A stretch of DNA of 50,255 nt from Patescibacteria group bacterium (GTDB taxonomy: Bacteria > Patescibacteriota > Minisyncoccia > Moranbacterales > JAKLHP01): assembly GCA_043803385.1 (NCBI GenBank), contig JAZDKA010000049.1, positions 1 through 50,255 on the forward strand, in the 5' to 3' direction. This document shows positions 1-8,860 of this stretch, piece by piece. The position numbers and the translations under genes were made by a program. The stretch's first letter is position 1. Each line of letters begins with the position of its first letter. The notes under the pieces were generated by a model. The model saw only the letters and a list, made by a program, of their open reading frames with translations. It made no database searches and had not been told where the DNA came from.

Positions 1-524
1 ATACATTAAGAGTTGCCCGAGATCTTCTCGGCTGTTTTTTGGTTCGAGAATATCGGGGAAAACCTATTCGCGTGATGATCACTGAAGTCGAGGCGTATAT
101 CAGCGAAGACGATCTGGCCTGCCATGCATCAAAAGGCAGAACATCGAGAACAGAAGTAATGTATGGCCAGCCGGGCCACGCTTATGTCTATATGATTTAT
201 GGAATGTATCACTGCCTTAATATTGTGACTGAAAAGAAAGCCTTTCCAGCCGCGGTTTTAATTAGAAGCATCAAAATCTTTAGAAGTCCGACTTCCAAAA
301 GGAAGTCGGACTTCCCTATATTGAATGGTCCCGGAAAACTTTGCAAATTTTTGAAAATTGATAAGAAATTAAATAGATGGGATATAATAAAAGGAGAAGA
401 ACTATGGGTAGAATCGGGAATAAAAGTTAAAAAATATAAAATTTATAAAGACAAGCGGATTGGTATCGATTACGCTAAGCACTGCAAGCATTATCCCTGG
501 AGATTCTATATTAAAGAGAAATAA
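1..524 (+). CDS. mpg: DNA-3-methyladenine glycosylase (Mpg/AAG family); N-terminus runs off the left window edge
   Basis: Frame is open from nt 3 (TLRVARDLLGCFLVREY), so the TTG at 39 is not the true start. Motifs ITEVEAY, DLACHA and PGHAYVYMIYGMYHCLN are typical of the AAG/Mpg family. Confidence 0.8.
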   Translation, partial: TLRVARDLLGCFLVREYRGKPIRVMITEVEAYISEDDLACHASKGRTSRTEVMYGQPGHAYVYMIYGMYHCLNIVTEKKAFPAAVLIRSIKIFRSPTSKRKSDFPILNGPGKLCKFLKIDKKLNRWDIIKGEELWVESGIKVKKYKIYKDKRIGIDYAKHCKHYPWRFYIKEK

Positions 525-575
525 ATAAAAATATTTGAGGTAATAATTAATATAATAACTAACCAATTAAAAAAT

Positions 576-1136
576 ATGGAGAAAAAAACACAAGAAAATC
601 TAGCCAAAGCTTTTGTTGGCGAATCGCAAGCGAGAAATAAGTACACATTTTTTGCTTCGGAGGCGAAAAAGGAAGGCTTTGAGCAAATCTCCGCTATTTT
701 TCAAGAAACCGCCGACAATGAGAAGGAACACGCTAAAAGATTATTTAAGTTATTGGAAGAAACAACCGTAGAAGTCCCAACTTCTGTGATGTCGGGGCTG
801 GGAGATACCAAAGCTAATCTCAAGCATGCGGCCGAAGGAGAAAAATATGAATGGGGAACGATGTATCCAAGTTTTGAAAAAGAAGCGCGGGAAGAAGGAG
901 AAACTGAAGCCGCTGATTTTTTCCGGGAAGTAGCTGAAGTTGAAGCCCAGCACGAGAAAAGATATTTAAAGCTTCTGGAAAACGTGGAAAATGGAAAAGT
1001 ATTTAAGAAAGACCAGCCGATGAAATGGAAATGCCGGAATTGCGGATATGTTTATGAAGGAATTGAGGCGCCGCAAGAATGCCCCGCCTGCAAGCATCCC
1101 CAAGTTTACTACGAACTTCTGGCGGAAAATTATTAA
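576..1136 (+). CDS. rbr: Rubrerythrin
   Basis: Ferritin-like diiron helices (NEKEHAKR, VEAQHEKR) plus a C-terminal rubredoxin-type CxxC...CxxC (CRNCGY, CPACKH). Confidence 0.9.
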   Translation: MEKKTQENLAKAFVGESQARNKYTFFASEAKKEGFEQISAIFQETADNEKEHAKRLFKLLEETTVEVPTSVMSGLGDTKANLKHAAEGEKYEWGTMYPSFEKEAREEGETEAADFFREVAEVEAQHEKRYLKLLENVENGKVFKKDQPMKWKCRNCGYVYEGIEAPQECPACKHPQVYYELLAENY

Positions 1137-1150
1137 TAATAAATAAAAAT

Positions 1151-1516
1151 GTGAACAAAATATACAAATGCAATATTTGCGGGAATATAGTCGAACTTCT
1201 TCATGAAGGCGATGGCGAACTGGTTTGTTGCGGAAAACCAATGGAATTGCTAATGGAAAAAATTGAAGATCAGGGGAAAGAAAAGCATATTCCGGTCGTT
1301 GAACAAGCAGAAGGCGACATCAAAGTAAAAATTGGATCTGTTGAACATCCTATGGAAGAAAACCATTATATCGAATGGATAGAAATAAATTTTGACGGGA
1401 AAGTGGAAAAGAAATTTCTCCATCCAGGAGAAAAACCGGAAGCAGAGTTTAATGTTAAACCAGAAAATGTCGTTATCAGATGCTATTGCAACATTCACGG
1501 ACTTTGGAAGAATTAA
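1151..1516 (+). CDS. dfx: Desulfoferrodoxin / superoxide reductase (2Fe-SOR)
   Basis: GTG at 1151 chosen because the upstream part of the tracked ORF overlaps the rbr 3' end. N-terminal CNICGN...VCCGKP desulforedoxin-like centre; C-terminal HPMEENHYIEW and CNIHGLW. Confidence 0.85.
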   Translation: MNKIYKCNICGNIVELLHEGDGELVCCGKPMELLMEKIEDQGKEKHIPVVEQAEGDIKVKIGSVEHPMEENHYIEWIEINFDGKVEKKFLHPGEKPEAEFNVKPENVVIRCYCNIHGLWKN

Positions 1517-1540
1517 TTCAATAAAGATTTTAGACTTTAA

Positions 1541-1568
1541 AAGCCCTGCAAACGCACAGGGCTTTTTT
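1541..1568 (+). terminator. Rho-independent terminator after rbr-dfx
   Basis: AAGCCCTG / CAGGGCTT stem followed by a T-run. Confidence 0.75.
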
Positions 1569-1682
1569 AAGTTCTTTAGCATATGCAGTTCGAACTGGGT
1601 TTATGGAGAAATGCTTCACTTAAGCTTCGCGGACTGAAGATGCTGTTAGAATCTATTTGATATAATTGTTTTTATTTCCTGA

Positions 1683-1955
1683 TTATTTTTTCTGTTCAAG
1701 AATGTCGCTTGCTTTTTTTAATAAAGTGTAATATCTATAAAGAAATTTTTTGTCATCTTCTGATAGCGTACTATGGTCTATTTCAAATCCACCGTCAATC
1801 CTATCACCAGTTGCTAATTCTTCAGGAACATTTTTAAGCCTTTTTAACTCATCTTGCTCGTCTTTTGGCAAAGCTAGTACTAATTCTTCAAAACTTGGAC
1901 CAGATGGCTTTTTTGGCTTTTCCTTCTTCTTGGAAGGGAAAAATTTTTCAAGCAT
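1683..1955 (-). CDS. Hypothetical small charged protein
   Basis: Uninterrupted 90-aa ORF in an otherwise empty interval; no recognisable motif. Confidence 0.4.
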   Translation of the reverse strand: MLEKFFPSKKKEKPKKPSGPSFEELVLALPKDEQDELKRLKNVPEELATGDRIDGGFEIDHSTLSEDDKKFLYRYYTLLKKASDILEQKK

Positions 1956-2019
1956 ACTTTTAGAGTTAACTCTTATACTATTTTATTTTATCACAAAAAG
2001 CTCTCTCGTCCTAATTTTG

Positions 2020-2090
2020 AGCGGGTAAGGGGAGTCGAACCCCTCTCAACAGATTGGAAATCTGTGGTAATACCGATATACGATACCCGC
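2020..2090 (-). tRNA. tRNA-Gly(UCC)
   Basis: Reverse complement GCGGGTA...ACAGA-TTTCCAA-TCTGT...AGGGGTTCGACTCCCCT-TACCCGC-T folds as a cloverleaf. No encoded CCA. Confidence 0.85.
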
Positions 2091-2312
2091 AGTTTAAAAT
2101 TTCTAATTTCTAATTAACCTAATTTCTAAATAATCTCCAATGATTAAATAATCGAATTTTGAAACCTTAAACACATAATCCATTATATCTAAAGTATATA
2201 TTTTGTCTAGTGTTTTTAAAGGGGTTAAAAATATTGTTTCTGAAAAATATTTAGCTATTGTCTTTCTATTTAATGAGATTATAATTAAAACATAAGCAAT
2301 AAACAAAAACAA

Positions 2313-2972
2313 ATGGACGAACAAATAAACCAACCTAGCCAGTCAGACCAAAGTGGCCAAACAAATCAAATCCCGCAAAAAAAATCTTCCTTAGTTTGGG
2401 TACTAATTATCATCGCCGCAATATTAATAATAATTGGCTTGGGAGTTTATTTATGGCAGAGAAGCATTGCTATAAAAAATGATTTGTCTCATCAAAAAGA
2501 TATCGAGGAATATAAAAAAGAAAATTCTGATCTTGAAAAACAATCGGATTTAAATAAGGAAACCGAATCGGTTGCGCAAAACGATTCCCAGAAAAATACG
2601 GCTGCTCCGGGGGAAAATCAGCCGGTCATCCAATTTATTCCTGGCACTTTTTCAGAAGCAGAAAAAAATGATTTAACGAATAAGGTTTTGAATCCTTTTA
2701 TTGACTATACAAAAGAAACTGAAGGAAGTCAGCCGATTACGATTACTGTTAAAAAATTCAGCGATGCTGAAATAGCCAGCCAGCAATACGCAAAATACAA
2801 ATACTCCATCGAGGCTATTTACCAAGTCGGGTATTCATCTTGGCTAGAAACAGAAACCGGAAAATCAATTGACTATTGGATGCCTGATTGCATGGGTAAA
2901 TGCGTTTTTTCCGACGCCTACAAAAACAAATACCCTGAGAATGTCAAAAAATACAATTCCAGCTTTGAATAG
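2313..2972 (+). CDS. Hypothetical membrane-anchored protein
   Basis: Gln/Ser-rich N-terminus, then one TM span (LVWVLIIIAAILIIIGLGVYLW) and an extracytoplasmic domain. Confidence 0.55.
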   Translation: MDEQINQPSQSDQSGQTNQIPQKKSSLVWVLIIIAAILIIIGLGVYLWQRSIAIKNDLSHQKDIEEYKKENSDLEKQSDLNKETESVAQNDSQKNTAAPGENQPVIQFIPGTFSEAEKNDLTNKVLNPFIDYTKETEGSQPITITVKKFSDAEIASQQYAKYKYSIEAIYQVGYSSWLETETGKSIDYWMPDCMGKCVFSDAYKNKYPENVKKYNSSFE

Positions 2973-2997
2973 TTTCAAGTTTTTAGATAAATAAAAA

Positions 2998-3026
2998 ATC
3001 GCCCCGCTAAAACGGGGTGATTTTTT
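2998..3026 (+). terminator. Rho-independent terminator
   Basis: ATCGCCCCG / CGGGGTGAT stem followed by TTTTTT. Confidence 0.7.
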
Positions 3027-3058
3027 AATTTTCGGCCGGAGAAAGCGGAATATAAAAG

Positions 3059-3589
3059 CTATTCAATACAGCAATCAATCACCTTTTTCACCAGCACTCC
3101 TAATTTCCCCATAAAACCAGCTTTTTCTTTATCATGAATATTTATAGCATCGCCATCTATCTTTTTTATATCTTTAGCGTCAACCAATTTCATATTAACT
3201 GCCCAGAACAACGAGTAGAGATTAAAAGCCTTATCGAACAAGTCCTGCGCTTCTTCCTTTTTTCCCATTCCCAATTGTTTCGTTCCTACTTCCATAAGCC
3301 GCATTGAAGCTGCCAATAAGTGTTTGGAAATGCACCAAATTTCCCCTTCATATTCCTTAATAATTTTTTTAAGCAGTTCTTTTCTCATTTCCCGAACCTC
3401 CTTGAGTAAATCAAGATATTCGGGTTTTCCGGTCTTTTCAGCCGTAAAAAAAAAGTGTTCTTCGATGCTGACTAAATTCATTATGGCAATCGAGAGATCC
3501 TGGTCGGAAGATAAATCCATCTTGTCCTGTTTTTTCATCTGATCAACTTTTTCGATAAGTTCATTGATATTTTTTATTGGATTTTCCAT
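3059..3589 (-). CDS. Hypothetical helical protein ending in CC (VIDCCIE)
   Basis: 176-aa ORF starting 1 nt downstream of the preceding gene in the same operon. Confidence 0.5.
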   Translation of the reverse strand: MENPIKNINELIEKVDQMKKQDKMDLSSDQDLSIAIMNLVSIEEHFFFTAEKTGKPEYLDLLKEVREMRKELLKKIIKEYEGEIWCISKHLLAASMRLMEVGTKQLGMGKKEEAQDLFDKAFNLYSLFWAVNMKLVDAKDIKKIDGDAINIHDKEKAGFMGKLGVLVKKVIDCCIE

Positions 3590-3590
3590 A

Positions 3591-4103
3591 TTAGTTTTTG
3601 GTTATAAAATAAAATATTGCGCTGAAAATTGCCAAAAACCCGACTGGCATCACAACTTTTTGAAATGGAAAATATGCCTTATCGTTGTTTTTCTTTTTTA
3701 AATTTTGGTACCACAAAGCGCTCGCCAAAAATACTATGCTCCCAATTATTATCCCGAGCAGAAGCTTGTCTATCCCCCAAATTTTATTAAAATAATGGCC
3801 AATTATTCCTTTCCAGTAAAGCGGAACTAATATGATTAAGCAATATCCGGCCGTGATAATAATTTTTCTTCCTTTAAACCTGATATTTTTGCTATTCATC
3901 CAGTTTATTGTCCACATTATGCTCGAAACTATCAGCGCGCCTATCCAAATTCCCGTTATGGTATCGTCGATTCCCAGCCATCTGGAAAGTCCGACTCCCG
4001 CTCCGACAGTGATAGTACAAATGGGACAAATCGCTTTAGCACTGCTGGAAAATAAAAGAAAAAAGAAAGATGAAACTAAGAATAAAAATATTATTTTTTT
4101 CAT
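3591..4103 (-). CDS. Polytopic membrane protein with a CPIC motif directly after a signal-like segment
   Basis: MKKIIFLFLVSSFFFLLFSSSAKA-ICPIC, then about four hydrophobic spans. Confidence 0.55.
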   Translation of the reverse strand: MKKIIFLFLVSSFFFLLFSSSAKAICPICTITVGAGVGLSRWLGIDDTITGIWIGALIVSSIMWTINWMNSKNIRFKGRKIIITAGYCLIILVPLYWKGIIGHYFNKIWGIDKLLLGIIIGSIVFLASALWYQNLKKKNNDKAYFPFQKVVMPVGFLAIFSAIFYFITKN

Positions 4104-4107
4104 TTAT

Positions 4108-4521
4108 TTATTGCTGTTCGCCAATCTGGCTCTTGAAAAAATTAATAATATCCGCATCTCCGCTCAAACACTGTCCCTTATCCCATAGAAAAGGAACTCC
4201 CAGTTCATTTAAATTTATTCCGCAAGCTTTTGCTTTTTCTTCCATCATGCTGGAATTTTCTTTATTTTTGAAAATTTCAAGTTCATCAAATTTTATTTTT
4301 TCTTTCACATTATTTTCTGCAATAAACTTGTCTACATTGGCGCAGTGTGAGCATCCATCTCCGTAAAAAAGAATAATATCCGCATTGCTTCTAGATGCAA
4401 CATTCCCTAAATTATTATTTTTTTTTACTGAAAAAAACATGATCATTCCCAAAACGGCCAGTCCTAAAACTCCTGTTAATAGTATTTTTTTATTCATGCT
4501 GTTGAATTTAAAAATTGACAT
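4108..4521 (-). CDS. Membrane-anchored thioredoxin/glutaredoxin-fold protein (CxxC)
   Basis: N-terminal TM span, then ILFYGDGCSHCANVDKFI, a typical thioredoxin-fold active site. Confidence 0.65.
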   Translation of the reverse strand: MSIFKFNSMNKKILLTGVLGLAVLGMIMFFSVKKNNNLGNVASRSNADIILFYGDGCSHCANVDKFIAENNVKEKIKFDELEIFKNKENSSMMEEKAKACGINLNELGVPFLWDKGQCLSGDADIINFFKSQIGEQQ

Positions 4522-4597
4522 TTACTAATCCATTTTAAACTTTTTTGCTGTTTTTAGCAATGTTGCTGGCTTCAGGTTTTTCTGATAACCTTGCTGT

Positions 4598-5323
4598 ATG
4601 TCAAAAATGCAAAAATTATTAACTTTTATCGGACTTTTAGCCATTTTATCTGGCATTGCCTTTTTCTTTCTTCCTTCCCGAAAAAAAGAAATAACAGCAG
4701 AAAAAAAATCAGAAACCGCCCAAAATAGTGGAATTCCGACCGAAGACAGCGAAACGCAAAATCAAGATAATAATACTGATAATAACGCTGACATTGAAAA
4801 AAATAAGCCCAGTGTGATTGATGATAGCGACAAAAAAACCACAACCAGTGAAGAAAAAAGTAATTCATCAATCAGTCAGAGATTGGTAAGCTGGGGTTAT
4901 TCTAGCGCAAGCGGCCGAACAATCGACACAATTATAATCCATTCATCCTATGATGCCATAGGCGAAGATAAGTATGATGTTCCCGGGCTTATTAAAGAAT
5001 ACAAATCCTACAGGGTAGCCCCGCATTATCTTATTGATAGAAAAGGAAACATTTATCAATTGGTTAAGGACAAGGATATTGCCTATCACGCTGGAGAAAG
5101 CAAAGTGCCTGACGGAAGAAGCGGAGTAAATAATTTTTCCATAGGCATAGAGCTTATGAATTCAGAGTCAGATTCATTTACTTCGGCACAATATTCTTCC
5201 TTGAATAATTTATTATCTATTTTGAAAAACAAATACAAGATAAAATATGTTTTGGGACATGACCAAATCGCTCCTGGAAGAAAAACCGATCCATGGAATT
5301 TTAACTGGAAAAAAATTAATTAG
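4598..5323 (+). CDS. N-acetylmuramoyl-L-alanine amidase (Amidase_2/PGRP-like), membrane-anchored
   Basis: IIIHSS, PHYLIDRKGNIYQLV, AYHAG, FSIGIELMN and LGHDQIAPGRKTDPW match AmpD/amidase_2 motifs. Confidence 0.8.
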   Translation: MSKMQKLLTFIGLLAILSGIAFFFLPSRKKEITAEKKSETAQNSGIPTEDSETQNQDNNTDNNADIEKNKPSVIDDSDKKTTTSEEKSNSSISQRLVSWGYSSASGRTIDTIIIHSSYDAIGEDKYDVPGLIKEYKSYRVAPHYLIDRKGNIYQLVKDKDIAYHAGESKVPDGRSGVNNFSIGIELMNSESDSFTSAQYSSLNNLLSILKNKYKIKYVLGHDQIAPGRKTDPWNFNWKKIN

Positions 5324-5334
5324 GCAAAATTACT

Positions 5335-5604
5335 ATGAATATCGAAATTTGGCTTAAAAAAGGCACTGTTTGCTTAAAAATAGTAAAAAATAGGAAGACC
5401 GTCGAATGCATCGAATTTTCTGAAAATAACAATCTTTCCATGATTTTGCTTGAAAAAATCGATGCTTTGCTCAAAAAAAACAAGCTTTCCAAAAAAGAGA
5501 CAAATAATATTTCTGTAAAAAGCGAGATGCCAGATTCTTATACTTCCAGCCGGATAGCCAGAAGCTTGGAAAAATCATTCAACTTTGCGATAAAATTAAA
5601 GTAG
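5335..5604 (+). CDS. Hypothetical protein
   Basis: 89-aa ORF, no recognisable motif. Confidence 0.35.
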   Translation: MNIEIWLKKGTVCLKIVKNRKTVECIEFSENNNLSMILLEKIDALLKKNKLSKKETNNISVKSEMPDSYTSSRIARSLEKSFNFAIKLK

Positions 5605-5620
5605 ACACTTTGCGTAAAAA

Positions 5621-5629
5621 TGTTATAAT
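5621..5629 (+). promoter_or_regulatory. Extended -10 promoter element (TGtTATAAT)
   Basis: TGTTATAAT lies 80 nt upstream of the GTG at 5709. It falls inside the N-terminal extension of the tracked ORF 5610. Confidence 0.45.
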
Positions 5630-5708
5630 CAATAAAGAAATAACCGATATTCGAGTCATTCGAGTTATCCGCCAGCTGGCGGATTCGGATAATTCGAGTC
5701 GCTATTGG

Positions 5709-6704
5709 GTGAAAATAAAAAAAGTAAAATTAACTTTTTTGATTTTTGCAATACTTGTGATCACAAGTTTCGCTGTTTTTGCCATGGCGCAAGAAAATTC
5801 AACGGCTGATAAAAATATTTTCCAAGATTCAGACCAGGATGGATTAAGCAATGATGAAGAAAAAACTTACGGAACCGATCCATACAATCCAGACACGGAT
5901 GGAGATGGGTATTCCGACGGAATTGAAGTTAAAAGCGGATATAATCCGCTAAAACCAGCGCCAGGGGATAAAATAGTAAACCAGGACAGCTTATTAATTA
6001 GTAGCAAACAAGAGAAAGTAGCTGGAACATCTGCGGAGAAAGAATCTGCTGTTAATTTGACCGAGGAGTTATCAGCAAAAGTAAATAGTTTAATAACCCA
6101 AAGCGAAAAAGACAGCAAAAATATCTCAATAGAAGATTTGGATAGCATTATTAATGAAACTACATCTAATCAATTAACCTTCGACGATCTTCCAAAGATT
6201 GACGAATCAACGATAAAAATAAAAGAGCAGACTTATTCCAAACTTTCTGAAGATGAAAGGAAAAAGAGAGAAAAAGAGGACGCAACGGAATATCTCACCG
6301 CCATGGGATATGTAGCGGCCACAAATTCTCCGCAATCGATCCAAACTCAAGACGACATCCAAAAATTATACAATGATCTGCTCGATAACATGACCGCATT
6401 TTCCAGCGATACCAGTTCTATTCCTGCATATTTCACAGATCTGTCAGACAAAGGAAAGCTGATGCTCGAACAAATGAAAGACATTGAGGTGCCAAGATCA
6501 ATGATTGATTATCACATAAAGGGATTGCAGTTAGCAAACTATGCGATATCAATAGGAGAAAAAACAAAAGAACAAAAGGATGATCCTATTGCGATGATTA
6601 TTTCTGTTTCAAAGTTGGATAGCTTGCTATATATGGCGCAGTCGCTTTTCAGCGAAATTTCTAATAAATTAAACTCTTTGGGAATTTCAACCATCGGTAA
6701 CTAA
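5709..6704 (+). CDS. Secreted protein with thrombospondin-type-3-like calcium-binding repeats
   Basis: GTG start gives the signal peptide KIKKVKLTFLIFAILVITSFAVFAMA. DSDQDGLSNDEE and DPYNPDTDGDGYSDGIE are Asp-rich repeats. The alternative TTG start at 5610 reads through a promoter and palindrome. Confidence 0.6.
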   Translation: MKIKKVKLTFLIFAILVITSFAVFAMAQENSTADKNIFQDSDQDGLSNDEEKTYGTDPYNPDTDGDGYSDGIEVKSGYNPLKPAPGDKIVNQDSLLISSKQEKVAGTSAEKESAVNLTEELSAKVNSLITQSEKDSKNISIEDLDSIINETTSNQLTFDDLPKIDESTIKIKEQTYSKLSEDERKKREKEDATEYLTAMGYVAATNSPQSIQTQDDIQKLYNDLLDNMTAFSSDTSSIPAYFTDLSDKGKLMLEQMKDIEVPRSMIDYHIKGLQLANYAISIGEKTKEQKDDPIAMIISVSKLDSLLYMAQSLFSEISNKLNSLGISTIGN

Positions 6705-6727
6705 AAAAATAATAAAAGTTAACTAAA

Positions 6728-7753
6728 ATGTTCTGTCAAAAACTGCTTGAAAAAAAATTTTTTCTTTATATTCTGTTAATTTTCGGATTTACTTTTGCTC
6801 CGAATTTTTCCTATGCTTTTTGGCCGGCTGATTGGTCATTAAACGCTGTCATGACCACGTCATTAGATAAGATGTACAGACAAATTGAAGGAGCGGTAAT
6901 GGGCTCCTTGAAACAAGCAGCAGAGCAAACTTATTATCAGACTATAAACAATGCCATATCCATGGGGCAAGGAGGAGGACCGATGTTCATAAGCAACTGG
7001 GAAGATTTTTTAGTCAATCAACCGGTCAGGAATGCCAACTTATATATGAATGATTTCTTTTCCGGCGTAACCAGCGGGAGAGGAAACAGCTTTAATTATT
7101 CAGGCTCCAGATTATTCGGATCTATGGAAGGAACCGGCAATGGTCAAAATGGAAAAGTAGCCGGAGCATCTTTGACTAGAGAAGGAATCGTAAAAGGAGA
7201 TTCTACTCTTTTTGGCATTCAAAACAACTATCAAAGCGCTCTTATTCAAGAAGCAAAACAAGCGACTACCGGAGCTTCTATTCGCCAATGCGATATTACA
7301 GACACTTCTGATATGTTCACCAGTGGAAATTGGTCTAAATTCAATACTGTTATTGGCGTGGATACTTGCAATAAATTTGGACTTAACAATCTGGCACAAA
7401 ATGCTTACTCTTCGAAAATAGCAAGCTACCAGGAATCAGCAAAGACTCAAGGAATAGCTTATCAAGGTTATAAACCATTGACTTCCGGAGGATATGTTTT
7501 GACTCCCGGTTCAACTATAGCTTCCATCCAATCCCAGGCTGAAGACCTTGGCACCAAGATTATTGCCGCTGCCAATAGCCCGGCGGAAGTTATAACTTCG
7601 CTTGTCACACGCTTGGCAACAAGAACGATCCAATCTGGAATAGGCCAAGCGCAAAGCTATGTGCAAAGAGAGATCAACAATAAAATGTACAATGCAACAA
7701 GGGACATACGCCAAGCCACTGATCCAAGACAAATTTTCAAGCCAAGATATTAA
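6728..7753 (+). CDS. Hypothetical secreted protein
   Basis: Signal-like N-terminus (FFLYILLIFGFTFAPNFSYA). Gly/Ser/Gln-rich, no known motif recognised. Confidence 0.55.
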   Translation: MFCQKLLEKKFFLYILLIFGFTFAPNFSYAFWPADWSLNAVMTTSLDKMYRQIEGAVMGSLKQAAEQTYYQTINNAISMGQGGGPMFISNWEDFLVNQPVRNANLYMNDFFSGVTSGRGNSFNYSGSRLFGSMEGTGNGQNGKVAGASLTREGIVKGDSTLFGIQNNYQSALIQEAKQATTGASIRQCDITDTSDMFTSGNWSKFNTVIGVDTCNKFGLNNLAQNAYSSKIASYQESAKTQGIAYQGYKPLTSGGYVLTPGSTIASIQSQAEDLGTKIIAAANSPAEVITSLVTRLATRTIQSGIGQAQSYVQREINNKMYNATRDIRQATDPRQIFKPRY

Positions 7754-7808
7754 ACTAATTGAAAATTAGATATTTAAAAACTGGCCATATGCGCCAGTTT
7801 TTCATTTG

Positions 7809-7882
7809 TGGATCTGTGCAGACTCGAACTGCAGACCTCTTCCATGTCAAGGAAGCGCTCTAACCATCTGAGCTACAGATCC
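7809..7882 (-). tRNA. tRNA-Val(GAC)
   Basis: Reverse complement GGATCTGTAGCTCAGATGGTTAGAGC...CTTCC-TTGACAT-GGAAG...TTCGAGT...CAGATCC-A. Confidence 0.9.
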
Positions 7883-7894
7883 TGAATAAACCAT

Positions 7895-8860
7895 CTATGC
7901 TCTTTCTGGATCAGGCAATGTTTTTTCAACAACTTCTTCGACAGATTCTACAGCTTTCTCTTCTTCCTTGATGCTAGCTATTTCCTTGAAAAACAGATAC
8001 CAGCTTGCCTGATATAAAACTTGGTAAACTGAACTCAATATAGCCAGGCAAATAATAAAAGCCAGGATTCCAAACAAAACAGCTATTATTATTCCAACTT
8101 TTGACAAGATAAAATAAAGAATGAATCCCATAGGAACAAATACAACAGCAGCTACTAATAAAATAATAAGCATAGCAAAAAGAAGTATCATGCTTATGGG
8201 AATAAAAACAAGAGCCATTATGATGCTCATTAAAATATTTTTTCTAAAAAGATAGTACCCTTTTTCCAGTGATTCTCTTATCCCAAGATCTGCAAGAACC
8301 AAATAAAATTGAGCATATTTTCTCGAAAAAGAAACCAGGATTACCAGGGGAATAAATATAATAATAGCCAGGAAGGCGGACAAGAATCCGAACAAATATG
8401 ATTTTAAGAAAAAAAGGAATGCTACCGGAACGCCAAGGATAATAAGAATTGCGATAATTAAAATCACAACTATTATTTCAAGCAAAAACAATTTCCAAAA
8501 ATACCTTTTCCCTTCCGCGATTCCTCTCTTGAAGCTTCCTTGATCATTTTTTTCTATTTTGTTTACTTCTTTGATTATTCCAGCTTGAGACAAAATTCGA
8601 AAAACAAAAACAGCTATCGCGAAAAGCGCCAGGATAATTCCCAGAGCAGCAACGATTTGCCAATATTGTTCAAAAAACCTGTTTAGCGTTTCTTCTTTCC
8701 CTGATATTCGTTTGTTAAAATCGCTTTCTCCTGGAAAATTGAAATTAAAGCTAGCGCCTCCTCCTAGTGCCAAAAACAGCCCGAACCACCAGAGATACCT
8801 GTTGCTCCAGGTGATTTTCCAGCCTTTTTTAATTATTTCCAAGAAATTTATATTATTCAT
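7895..8860 (-). CDS. Polytopic membrane protein, unknown function
   Basis: 321-aa ORF with many hydrophobic spans; overlaps the ftsH stop by 4 nt. Confidence 0.55.
   Translation of the reverse strand: MNNINFLEIIKKGWKITWSNRYLWWFGLFLALGGGASFNFNFPGESDFNKRISGKEETLNRFFEQYWQIVAALGIILALFAIAVFVFRILSQAGIIKEVNKIEKNDQGSFKRGIAEGKRYFWKLFLLEIIVVILIIAILIILGVPVAFLFFLKSYLFGFLSAFLAIIIFIPLVILVSFSRKYAQFYLVLADLGIRESLEKGYYLFRKNILMSIIMALVFIPISMILLFAMLIILLVAAVVFVPMGFILYFILSKVGIIIAVLFGILAFIICLAILSSVYQVLYQASWYLFFKEIASIKEEEKAVESVEEVVEKTLPDPERA

Noticed and set aside
750-1582. Minus-strand ORFs 750-953, 966-1241 and 1250-1582, and the plus-strand ORF 1392-1637
   Set aside because: They overlap rbr and dfx, which have unambiguous metal-site motifs, and have a composition typical of out-of-frame or antisense reading. 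The same reasoning applies to the many short antisense ORFs inside ftsH, tilS, gyrA, the restriction gene, cca, infB and dnaA.
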